Positions 49,901 through 62,284 are shown, counted from the stretch's first letter. The stretch is DNA of 64,000 nucleotides from Blepharisma stoltei ATCC 30299 (GCA_965603825.1 CBFDEM010000004.1:124001-188000), one strand, 5' to 3'. Numbers and translations: made by a program. Notes: generated by a model not told the origin, from the letters alone.

Positions 49901-52316
49901 AGACCATTACTCAGAAGACTTTGAAAGTGTCTCTTCTTCTCATGAGGCTTTAGTAAAAAGATTTGAGTCACCTCAAAACATCCAGGAGACCTATGAAGAC
50001 GACTTTGAGTCTGCATCAAAAACTGAACTGGAAAGCTCACTAAAAAATGATTTTCAGAAAAAAATTGAAGAAATTCCAGCACCTGGAAAATTTTCTGCCA
50101 AACAGCTACAAGATCAGCTGATTTCTCAGATTGAAGCATTTGATAGGGCAAAAAACAGAGAACTTGAAGCAGAAATGATGGTTAAAGCGCATAGACAATG
50201 GATGGAGGAGAAAAAGAAAGAAGAAATGATGATGATTATGAAGGCTCAAGAACTTTATATAGAAGAACTAAAGAAAAGCAAGCAAGAAGATCATGATAAA
50301 TTTCAGCAGCTAGCCCAGTTTATAGCAAACCAGCAAAAAGAATCATTTTCTGACCTAGCCGCTGTTATTAGACAGGCCCTTATTAATGTCCCAAGACCTC
50401 GGACCCCAAGCAAGAAAAGTGATACCTCAGAGATTGACTATGTAGAAGAAAGAAAATCACCATTAAGACCTGACGATTATGCAAGAACTGAGTACAGCGA
50501 AGACTTCGAAAGCTACTCAGACAGCTCTAAACAGTATGGACTTAAAAACTCAGGAAGAATCCAATCTCCAGACTACAGCAAAAAGTACATCGAGCAGCAA
50601 ATAAAAGAAGAAGCTGACAGAAGCCGATTTAGCTCAAGTTCATCCTTAACAAGATCACTTTCTCCACAAATAAAAATAACCCCAAGAGACAAGCTTAAAA
50701 ATTCTGATGATTTTAGAGCCAGTTCTTCTTCAATCCCAGAAGATATAGATATGATGGCAAGCTATAAGTCATCAGATTTTATTGAAGAATATGCAGCTTT
50801 AAAAAATTATGCGTCTTCTCATGAGGTTAGTGCATTGTCAAAATCAATTGAAACTGAGATAAGTAAAAAGGAAGAAAGTATTGATGAGAGCTTGCCACAG
50901 TATTCTGATGACTTTGACTCTTTATCGAAGTCAAAGCAAACATTGAATGAATATAGCTCAGATTTTGAAAGTGCAAGCCAAAGCATCCACCCTACTATGT
51001 CCTCAAGAGTTTTAACACAGAGCATTAAAGAAGAATCGCCAGGACATTCAGAAACAGACAAATCAAAAGAAGAGTCAGATATTGACAAGTCAAAAGACGA
51101 ATCAGAGTCAGAAAAATCAAAAGAAGAAAGCATTGAGGAGTTCATTGATAATTATGAAGACGATTTTGAGTCAGAATCGTCCTCAGTGTTGAAATCGTCA
51201 AGAGATAAAGTCGAATCAAGCAGCTCTGGAGCAAAAAGCTCAAGTGTGGTACCTGAAGAAAGCTCTGAGAGCAAGAAAAGTAGCTCTGTTGAAGAAAAAG
51301 TTTTGGAGGAAAGCAATGAAAATAAACAGTCAATTATTGGAGAAAGTATTGAAGAACTGTCAGAAGATATACAAAGTTATGAATATTCTCATAAATTTGA
51401 AGAAGATAAAAGTAAAGAAGAGCAAGAGGAGGAAGAAGAAGAAATGAGTAGTAAAGAAAGTGAAGATTTAGAAAATCAAGCAGATATAATCACCAATGAA
51501 ATTTTTGCAAGTATTTTTGAAGAAGTTTTAGAAAACCTCCCAGGCTTTAATGTAGACGAGCTTGTCGACAGTCTTTTCCAAAGAGTTTTATCTGAAGCTC
51601 TTGAGAGCCTGCCTGTCTCAGAAAGCTCCATCCCTATCTCTTCCCCTCAAGCCATCCCAGCAGTGAACACAGACACCAATTCAGTTCTAGGCTACACTTC
51701 AATTATCCTTGGTTCTGCCCACAATTTCACTTTAAATCCCTTCACCAAAGACTCCATAGAAACTTTAGCTATGCTCCGAGAAAGCAACTACATAGACCAC
51801 GCCCTAATGAACCCTGAGCAGCTTTTGCCAATTGACTTATACATGCAGTTAGAAGAAGAAAAACAAGACGACGACAGCGACAATGCAAAAATCCTCGCAC
51901 AGCAAATTCACAATAAAATGATTTTTGACGCTGTAAATGAGGCGCTAAATAGACTCAGACCACATGGGAGAAAAGGGTCTCCATTGCCATGGAGCAATGT
52001 GGCAAGAATTAATAAAACAGTCGCAGTTGGCGACTTGAAAAATCAAGTTGAAGGATTAGTTAATTCTTGGGCTGAAATAAAGTATGGGCAGAAACAGGCT
52101 GGAGAGCAAGCAGTTTTAAATGAGACAGAAGAAAAGAAAAAAGGGTCTTCTGCAGATAAAGATAATTCGGAGAAGCTTTTGAATTCGGTGATTGCAGATG
52201 AAGCTGAGGAGTGGGTTGACTATGAAGATGCAGAAACGAAGGTTAAGATTGAGCTGGAGCAGTTTATTTTTGACCAGCTGATAGAAGAGACTGAATATAT
52301 TTTAAGTAGCATGTAA
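46929..52316 (+). CDS. CEP350-like centriolar/basal-body protein, 1790 aa
   Basis: Three track ORFs join via a 15-nt intron (47821-47835) and TGA=Trp (48837-48839). Contains an IQ motif (AARKIQALVRGYLARK), coiled coils and acidic Ser-rich repeats. The C-terminus QIHNKMIFDAVNEAL..PLPWS..EWVDYEDAETKVKIELEQFIFDQLIEE resembles the DUF4378-type CEP350 end. Confidence 0.7.
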
Positions 52317-52536
52317 TGAATAATTTATTTAAAATGGAAATTAATCAGAATAAAATAATTAGCTATATCAAATGTCAAAAATTAAGGTATAATACCGAGT
52401 CAGGGAATATTTTTAAACTATAAATTATTATAAATAATCCCTAATCACATTGAATCTGTAAATTGTGCGCATTTTTCATCATATTAATTCTTCAATATCT
52501 TAATTTCTTTATTAATATGGTCGAATAAATAATTTA

Positions 52537-53190
52537 ATGTCCGAATCCGAAGACGTAGCTGATGCTATTTTCAAGCTTCTTATCATCGGAGACTCTGGGA
52601 TCGGCAAATCTTGTTTTCTTCTTCAATTTACTGAAGGTCGCTTTAAGGACGACCACGCAGTTACTATTGGAGTTGAGTACGGTTCAAAAATGCTCACAGT
52701 GAATGACAAACGTGTAAAATTACAAATTTGGGACACAGCAGGACAAGAAGACTATCGCTCAATCACCAGAAGTTTCTATAGAAATGCCCATGGAATTATT
52801 TTAATGTACGATCTTACAAGGACTGAAACTTTTGATCATTTGCCTGACTGGCTTAAAGAGGCAAGGCAGAATGCTGGAAATGATGTAATGATATTTTTGG
52901 TTGCAAATGTGCTTGATTTAGCTGATGAAGAAAGAGAGGTTTTTGCGGAATCTGGAAGGGCGTTTGCCCAAGAAAATAAATTGAGTGGGTTTATTGAAGC
53001 CTCTGCAAAAACTTCAGAAAATGTCAAAGATGTAAGTATTCTAAATAGGGTCTTTACAAAGTTTTCTGAAATCTTGTATCAGAAACATGGAGAAAGGATG
53101 GCAAAGGAAGCTAGCAAGGTGGTTACGAAGCCTTTAGCTGCAAGTGTGATTATTAAACCTACACAACCAAAGAAAAAAGGATGCTGCTAG
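52537..53190 (+). CDS. Rab-family small GTPase (Rab2/4/14-like)
   Basis: GDSGIGKS, TIGVEYG, WDTAGQE, YRSITRSFYR and EASAKT motifs, with a C-terminal CC. G4 is atypical (ANVLD). An intron-like insert lies at 53032-53049. Confidence 0.92.
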   Translation: MSESEDVADAIFKLLIIGDSGIGKSCFLLQFTEGRFKDDHAVTIGVEYGSKMLTVNDKRVKLQIWDTAGQEDYRSITRSFYRNAHGIILMYDLTRTETFDHLPDWLKEARQNAGNDVMIFLVANVLDLADEEREVFAESGRAFAQENKLSGFIEASAKTSENVKDVSILNRVFTKFSEILYQKHGERMAKEASKVVTKPLAASVIIKPTQPKKKGCC

Positions 53191-53288
53191 AGATCCCTAG
53201 GGTTAAATTAACTTTTTATTTTTTAATTATCTCGGAATTTCTCTTTATTTCAAAAATTAAAATAAATTTAATTGCTTAAACTTAAAAT

Positions 53289-54770
53289 CTAGTTTTTTCT
53301 TAAAACAGATTTAGCATCAATTCCAATTATTTCAAAAGCTTTAGTGAAGAATGTGTGAACAATTTTTTGCATTCCAGGATTCATATCCTTGTCTAGATAA
53401 GTATCCACAAGCATATACTTTTCACTAGTCCTTTCAAGTCAATCACATAAATACTGTGCAGAGAAATTTGAAGAAGACTCAAAAACAGCATCAGGAAATA
53501 GGCACAAATCAATAGCCAATTTTCTCAATTCAATGCTATTTTCTATGTCTTTCAAAGGAATTTCTCTATTTTTCTGTGAAAAATTGCCAGCTTCTAATTT
53601 TTGTTCTAGGTGGTTGTATACTGCAATTGGCCCAAAAAATGATTTATTTGTTTTTTTAAGGACAGTATCTAAATTTAATAGCACTGTTTCTTCAAATGGT
53701 TTTTTTAAAATTGAATATTTTATTGCTGACATTATGAGTTCATCAGGATCATAGCATTTCGGTATATGATTCAAAGATGCGCCAATAAAAAAATCTAAAA
53801 CTATATGTATAGGCTGGTCATTTAATCTTCTGTCAACTGATAATACTTCACCAAGCCTTTTTGTCGCCAAATTTTCTGTAATTTTGTTATTTATTTCTTT
53901 TATAATCTTTAAGATTTCATAGCTTTCTTCATATTGCCTTACCACATATACAATATTTTTATACCCTTCAGCAAAAGTTTTCGCAATATTAATAAAATCT
54001 ATGACCCATTTATTTTCAAAATAATTCATAATTAAATCAGAGTTTTCACTTGACTTAAGCCACTTGTCTTGCAAAAGATCAGATGCGTAAATTGAGGTTA
54101 CATTGGTTTTTAAACGTTTGCAAAGCTAAATAGATGGTACAAAATCAAAATCCAAGCCAAATCTATTTTTTATAAAATCTGTCAAATTGCTGTTTATAAA
54201 GGACTGTGGAGCAGCTGATAGCTCATTCAATTCTTTTGAGTCTTGAGAAGATCTGGATTTTATTGTGTTTCGGAATAGAAATTGTGAAGATGTAGGGATA
54301 CCTAATAATTCGTTGCATTTTTTCATGGATTCACTTAAAAGAAGCTCTCTTACGTGAAACAACTCAAGGCCTTCGTCCAGAGTTGGCCCAGTCAATAAAA
54401 TGGAATAGGTTTTTTGTGGAATTTCTGAAGAAATTAAGACTTTTTCATTGCTGAGAACTGAGTTTAAAGCATTTGATAAATAGCGATTGCTTAAAGTTAC
54501 TTCAATTTCGCCTTGGCCTCCTATTGTAACTTTATCAATAAGCTCATGCTTGTTCACATTAACAAAAATCCCATCAGCAATTTCTCTTGGATTAAATAGC
54601 CCAAATGACACTTCTCCTTTTTTGTATGTGTGGTAAATGTGCGAAGCTATGCTAGAGGTGAAATCACATAAATATTGTCCTTCTATTATTGTAGCTTGGT
54701 CGTTTACAGGGTATGCAATTTGTGCAGCCTTGCTTATCAAAGAGTTAAGTGTCCTTTTTATAGGCAGCAT
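53289..54770 (-). CDS. Arginyl-tRNA-synthetase-like protein with degenerate catalytic motifs, 488 aa
   Basis: Two track ORFs join via a 15-nt intron (54126-54140) and extend through TGA 53439 to TAG 53289. ArgRS N-domain-like NPREIADGI..IDKVTIGGQGEIEVTL. Core remnants IVYVV and AIKY. DALR-like ELRKLAIDLCLFPDAV..YLCDWL..AFEIIGI. The HIGH site reads LELFHVR. Confidence 0.75.
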
Positions 54771-55065
54771 TATTTATGAAATAAAAGATACTTTTTAAGA
54801 ATAAAAGGAAAATTATATTAAATATTTGGCAAAAATAATCTCTAGAAACTGCATTGATTTGCCAATATTCAAGGATATAAAAAAATTGATTATTAAGCAA
54901 AGCTTCAGAGATAAATAAAATTAAAAACAATTAAGAAAATAAAAAAATAGTTGTTATAAACGATATATTTTAAAAAATCTAAATTTGAGAACAATTAGAA
55001 ATAGAATTTTTAGCTAAATATTTATACACTCTACTAATTATTCATTTTATTATGTAAAAATTTAA

Positions 55066-57138
55066 ATGGATTCATCTAGTTCTAATTCCTCTTTTGGAGA
55101 TACTGATAGTGATGAAGACATTGATCCCAACAAATTGGTTCGGCCAAAACCCGAGAATCAAAAGCAAAATCAAATAATAGGTGTCCCAAAACCAATTCTT
55201 AGCTATTCTTCATCAGATTCTTCTAGTGATTCTGACTCTTATCATGAAAGCAATCAAAGCTCTAGTAAAAAAGGTAAAGAAGCTGTAAGAATAAATCATA
55301 ATTTTGGATCTCAGAATAATATTGACAAGATTCAAAAATCTAATGAAACAATTTCAAGCCTTCAGCCGCCAACATTCAGCCAAATACCTAATATAAAAGC
55401 TGAAAACCAGCCTAAAAAGAAGTCTGACGAAATAAGCAATGAAAGACTGCATTTAAAAATCGAAAATGATAAAAACAGCTTAGAGAAAACTATACAAATA
55501 AATAACCAAAATGAATGAACAAGTAAACAAATCAAGGAAGCAGTCAATGAAGTGCAATCTAAAAGTCAAGTAGATACAAATAGAATTTTTGCACCAAAAG
55601 TTAAAGCTACAACAGAAGTTAAAGGAATAAAAGCTGAGGAAAATAAAATCCCGAAACAAAATGCAGATAAAACAAATGTTAAAGTTGAATCAGAAAATCT
55701 TCAAATAAAGAAGATTGATTTAATAGCTCCTGTCGCGAAAAATGCATCTTTTTCTTCTATATCTTCAGAGGAAAGCGATAGAATTGATAAAAAAATTGAT
55801 TTTTTAAACTCGCCTGAAGTCAAAAATCCTTTAAAATATCAATCAAAAATACAAGAAAAAAATTCAATTGATTCAGTATCATCAATTGATAGCAGGCCAT
55901 CTGAAAGACCTGAGAAAGAAAAATTTAATTTTGAATTTCCAAAGGATCCATTAAAAGACACAGAAGGTTCTAGTAAAGCTAAACCTCAAGCAAATCCAGA
56001 TCAAAATGCTAAAAAAATCAATTTATCAAGCAAATACAATTTAACTGATTCTAATTATTCTTCATCTTCAGATGACTCATATAAAGATGAAGCAGAAGCA
56101 CCTGCTAAAGAACCTGAAGAAATAAAAGAATCCCCCAAACCTAAATATAACATTCCTCCATTAAAATTAAACGCTGATAAATCAAAAAAAGCCTGAAAAG
56201 TACAATCAGTAAAAAATATACCTGAAGCTGATGTACAAATTGTCCATAAAATTCCTGAACTAAAACCAGCTGCAAAAGTAGGCGAAAAATTAAAAAATAA
56301 TCCGAGTGTACTTCAAAATGAAGAGGTAAAAGAAGGCTTTGCTCATCAGCAAACCCATGAAGAAATTGGACTGAACATACCAAGATCATCTTTAGATAGC
56401 ATTAATATCGAAATTGACGAACTAAAATACTACTCATTCGAAGATGCCTTACAAATTTTCAAAAAAATAAAAATTCCTCCAAAATCCATGAAAAATCCAG
56501 GATTTTTTTCAAAATTCTGTGGGTGTTGTGGAGCTAGTTCTGTAAAACTCACACAAGAGCAAACCGATGACTGCGAAAAAATGCTTGGGTTTTCTTATGT
56601 AGATTTTGATATGTCAGTTGGCTTCCATAAAAGCTTATTATTAAGTGTATATGGCAGCTTAACTTCTGAAAAAAATTGACCATCTGGGACTAATTCATGG
56701 AAAAAAATAGGGATCAGTAGTTTTGAAAAAGAAATTAAAGGAAAAGGGGTCCCAGAATTTTTGTTATTTATGCTTTTTATGACTAATTATTTTACGAACC
56801 CAATCAAAGATATGCTGCAGGAGTCGAATATTCAGGAACAAAAATTCCCTTTTACTGTGACTTTATTGAAGCTTGGAAATGTAGTAATAAAGGTTTTGAA
56901 TGAGAACAAGCTAAATAAATTCATAAAATCGAACAATAAGACGCTAGAAGTTATATTCTTTTTTTATGCTGGGGTTGTTTTATATTGGCACAAGATTTTT
57001 ACTCAAAGTGAATGGTCTGTGAAGCAATTGGATAATATTTATAATAAAACCTTAAAAAAAGCGATGGGAGGGCCAAATGATCTTATATTATCCGCAAGGT
57101 CAGTTTTTGCAAAGCAGGGAAAAGATGTGAATTTATAA
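55066..57138 (+). CDS. ELMO/CED-12 domain (ELMOD-like) protein with a long Ser/Lys-rich disordered N-terminus, 690 aa
   Basis: Four track ORFs fuse via three TGA=Trp codons (2073 nt = 691 codons). The C-terminal domain HKSLLLSVY..WKKIG..KGKG..FPFTV..FYAG..W follows the ELMO domain pattern. Confidence 0.7.
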
Positions 57139-57400
57139 ATAAAATCATAAAATTATTGACAGTTTTTAAAATTGTAAAGGCTAAAATCATAATAGATAGC
57201 TTAATAGCTAAATAAACGCTCTTATTGATTTTTATTATCGTAAGCATAAGACATTAGCTAGGCTGGCTAATGGGCTATCTTAATTAAACATAAAAGATAA
57301 TTTAAAAGCCTAAGTGAAATGATGTCTTTAAATAATTAAATTATCAATCGTAAATAATTTGCCAATTTATAATTATATTAAATTTTTTATATTTCTCTTT

Positions 57401-60400
57401 ATGGTTATTCATGGATTTGAAATTGGCGAATATCCAGTACACAACGCAAGACTATGAAAGGCTAAAACAGGAAAAACATTAAAGCACTCAATTTTCGAAT
57501 TTTATTCTAAGCTGTATCATGCACAAAATAGAACTGTTTATATCGGCGATGAATCACTTCTCAGCCAAAAAGTCAAAGAAACATTTATAGCTACTATTTG
57601 ATGTTTTCAAACAATAACCTTATTATGAATCCCGCAACTTGCAATTAAAAATTGAGCTGAGAATCGAACAATATGAGAAATCATTGGATTCTTAAGGCTT
57701 GATAATATTAGCTCAGAATTAGGGATTACTTTTGAATACTTTTATTTATCAATTATAATGATTTTTATCATTGTTTTGTGCATCATTGTCCTGATTCTTT
57801 TAGATTATCTATCACAAAATATCCCAAACTTGGTCATTAGTGCTTTAAGGTGAATTTTTGATTTATGAAAAACTGCCTTTTTGACACCTTCACTGACATT
57901 ATATTCAGTTTTTCTGAAATATAATTTTTCATCTAAAGGACACATATCTGCATATAAAAATAATAATGATCCTGCAGATTTTGAATTAAATGCTGCTTGG
58001 CAATTTGTCATAATTTTAACTATGACTCTAATATTTGTGCTGATAATATCATATGAAGAATTTATTGGAGAAATAAGGCATTCAGTGAGCATTAAGGTGT
58101 TAAAAGCAAAAGCTCATTCAAAAGTTGATGTCCACATTGCAATTTTTATGTATTTTTCTCCAATATTATATGCAATCACTAATGAAGATTTTATGGTTTA
58201 TTTTCAATTATTTATGATGATTGTTTCATTAATTTTGATTGCAGAAATAATGATTTTTTTACCATATTTTTCATTATGCTACTGTTTTATTAAAATTCTT
58301 GGACTCTTTGCTATTGCTTTGGTCTCTTTTGGATTTATTTTAGGATATTTAATGGACAATTCTCTAGTCATTATTTTGGTAGCAATAATTTTAGGGCCAT
58401 TTTTAGCTTTTTTTGCTTTACAATTTACTTTAAAATTGCAAAATAAATTAAGTGTAAATGTCCCAGAAACTTTGTCTGGGATAGAATCTGCATACCAATT
58501 AGAAAAATCCTTGAGGTGTTCTTTATGCTCTAATGATGCTGAGCATAAAGAGCAGATAATTAATCTCTATGAGGCTTTCTTTAATAAAGCTGGCTCACTT
58601 AAAAATAAACTCCAACTAATCTGAGCAGCAAACTATTGTTTATTTACTTTAAAAGATGAATCATTAGCAAAAGTTAAGTTAAGCAGGATTAAAAATATAT
58701 TAGAATGGAACTTAGAAGCTGATTTTCAAGAATACCTTATAAATAATACCATCCAAGACTCTTTATCGAGTGAAAGTTCACGATTTATCAGTTACTTGCA
58801 GCAACTGCATCTTATCAAGACAAGTGACATAAATTTATGCATTAATTTATTAAAATTTTGAGAAGAGATAACTTCATCAAAACCTGATCTTGATAGACTA
58901 ACCAAAAGATTGACTTGAATTAGCAAAAAAATGCAGCTTCTTGCAAATAAGTATAGTCAATTGATAACAAAATTTATTGATTGCAGAGAGTTTTTATCTT
59001 TATATGCATCATTTATGAAAGATATTATTTTAGACAGAGATAAAGCGAATTTTCTTGGAAATAAATTAAAAACATTTAATGCAGATATAATGAATTCTGG
59101 CCCAAGCCAATTGAGCTGCTTTGATGATTTAAGTGCGATTTTAATAATTTCTGTTGAAGAAGATAGCTTTGGGCAAATTTTATTTTCAAATAAAAAAGCC
59201 AAAGATGTTATGAAATTTAATTCACCAAGCATAGATGGAAGCAATATTATGAGCTTTATTCCTTCTTATTATTGTGAAAAGCTAAAAGATTACGCGATTG
59301 GTTACTCTCATTTTTGCTTTAGTTCAGAAATTGATTTAAATGGAGGCTTTTTTTTGGAGCTTCCTTCAGAATATCTAATAGAATGCACAGGAAAGGCGTC
59401 GATAACTACAATAGAAAATTTTCTTGTTTTTATATTGATTTTTAAGCAAAGCCAGAAAAAAAATAAAATTGCCTTATTATCTGAAAATGGAGAAATATTG
59501 TGCTATTCCAAGTATTTTGCTGAGATGGCTGGAAAAGAAAATAATAATTTAATCGGCTGCAACATTAAAAATATTTTTAATGAAACTGAACAATATTTAG
59601 CCAATAATGGCACTACATCAGAGAGTCGCTTAATCTGTTCTAGTATACATGCTTGTAACATAGAAATTTTTTATGCTGCTTTTATAAGTGGTTGTGAAGA
59701 AATTCAAAGATGGGAAAATAAAAGCTCTGAATGGCTTCCTGATAAAAAAAGGAAAAATAAGAAGACTAGCCATGACTCTTTGGATTTATTAGTGCATGAA
59801 TATCCTAATAAAGGAATTAAAAATGAATATGAAGGTAAAGTATCATTTAATTCGGAAATGAATTTAAAATCTGGGAAGAATAAGATTCATGAAATAACTG
59901 AAAAACGCTTTTCAGAAAATTTTTCAGAAGAAAAATCAGAGAGTTGACAAAATAAAAAACTTATAAATTTAGTAGCATCGTCTTCTAGGAAAATAAATAT
60001 TTTGCATGCTGCTTTCATTTTATCAGTAAAAAATATTTAGATTTTATCTGTATTGGGTACAAATATTGCAGTCTTATTTTATGCATTTGCAAATATTAAG
60101 TTTATACGAAATATGGATCTCCCTATAGCTGTAGGAAATGTCGACTCAAAGTTGCAACATGTTGCCCTTACTTCACGAATAATTTGGTCTCTTTCTCAAT
60201 TTGGGGGGCCTTCAGCAGCACCCGCTGTATATATAGCTTATTTATTGTTTCCAGAGTTTTTAAATGATTTAAAAGTTCTGTATCTTAATATTACATCAAG
60301 TATAGCTGATTGAAACTATTGCTCAGGACAAAGCATTTTTACTGATGAAAATGTAAAAATATGAAGCTCAAGTGAGACAGACAAATTAAATTTGCTAGAT

Positions 60401-61354
60401 TTGCTTGCAAAATCAATACAATCCGTAAAGAACTATATAGGGGAATGAATTTATTAGGAAATATAAAGACACCGAAGACTATTCAGATGAAATAACATTT
60501 TTAACACTGAATAGTTTTGGAGAGGTAACTAAATACTGTAATGATTCATTATATCAAATTATAGATTGCCAAAAATCTATAATGCTTGAATTTAAAACTG
60601 AAGTGTATATCCTTCTCATATTAGGAGTTGGAGTTCTAGCTATATGCATTTTTGCTATGATACCATTTTGCTATTCTACTATTAATTATGAAAACGAGCT
60701 ATGGAATAATTTGAGAAAAAAGGTTTATGAGAACCATTCTGAATTAAAGAAGAATCTATTAGATAGAATTAAATACTTCCACTATCAATATGAATTGCCA
60801 TTAAATGGTAAAAATATTTTACATAAAAATATTAATTTCAAAAAATATTGAAAATATGTTTGGAGGATTTTTATTTATTTTATTGTGGTTGCAACATTTT
60901 CAATCACTAATATAACTTTACTCTACGAGAAATGTACAGATTATTTATCATACCGGCCTGATGTAATGAAAGAAATGATAAATAGACAGATTTTACAAAA
61001 CTCATTGGCTATATGAGCAACTCTATCACAATTTGAGACTTGGGGTATTCCATCAATAAACCAATATTTGAATATAGCTATTTTTATGCGTATTCTAATC
61101 CAGATCCTGCCATGTGAGTATATTGAGCACTTAATACCTCAATTTTGAATGAGCATTATGCTGGTCTTGCTAGTGAGATTAATGATTATTCGCAACGGGT
61201 TATTGAGGATCAAGTAAATCTTATTGTATCAGCTTTTGCTGTTTTTACGATAAGTTCGGTTGCAATTTATTTTGCATTGTATTTTGTGTTTTTCAAGAGA
61301 GAAAAACAGTGTCTGGAAAAAATCAGTTCTGTAATAAAACTTATGCCAAAATAA
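57401..61354 (+). pseudogene. TmcB/TmcC-like gene, copy 7: intact until a ~200-bp frameshifting deletion near 61070
   Basis: ATG at 57401; introns 60026-60040 (15 nt) and 60425-60440 (16 nt). After WGIPSINQYLN the paralog-matching frame shifts to YFYAYSNPDPAMW, with ~70 codons missing. The continuous frame stops at TAA 61215-61217; the ancestral stop is at 61352-61354. Confidence 0.8.
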
Positions 61355-62284
61355 ATACATTTCTACAATTTATTAATTCAATTGCTAAGGCTTGGTATAA
61401 TTTTGCGAGTATAGATTTCATATTTTTTAAATTCGATTAATTTTAATTCAACCTAATTATTAGATATACTTTTATTTTTACTCTATACTCTCTTTATTTT
61501 ATTACTGACTCGAATTCGCGAAACAATAGTGGATTACACTATTTGCTTACCAACACTATACGCGCTAAATTTTTTGAAGCGTGAAGAACTAAAGTACCCA
61601 AAAAATGCCCATTTTAATCGATTGTTGTTCAAATTTAAAGATCGGGGCTTAAAGAAAGAGATTTGATTGTAGGGACGAATGTTATGAAATGAATTGAGAA
61701 GAGAGAACACTAAGCCAAAAACTATTGAAAACAAATGAAAAAATTCAATAAACTATGAAAATGAGTTAGTTGCCAAAAATTGCTTCTAGAAGCGATTCAA
61801 TTCAAAAAAATTTCTAAACATTTAAATAGCTTTCCTTATAAAGTTTTTATGACAATTATGAAGTATACAATATATAAACAAAGATGCTGTAATTTGCATT
61901 AGAATTGTTTAGAAGTATATGCTATAATATCTCTAAAATTTAATGATGGAGTAAATAAAATATTCGATAATGGAAAGCAAATAAAAAAGTTTTTAATCAC
62001 CATAACCCTTGTTTTATAATGGCTCAGGCTATCCGATATTATCAACGACAAGAGAGAGTTGATCTAGAGAATTTAGGTTTTCAAATTCATTTCCCTAATG
62101 GCAGACGTCGAACATTAAATTGTTTTATTATTTGGAGCTGATTTAGCATCGTAAGTAGCACTTATCAGTCTTCAGCTTATAAATTTGCATCATTCAATAA
62201 AATTCCTTTTATGAGATATAGACATATTGAAATCTTCATTGAGCTTTCAGGGCTCTAAATAAACTAATAATCGTGACTCAAATC

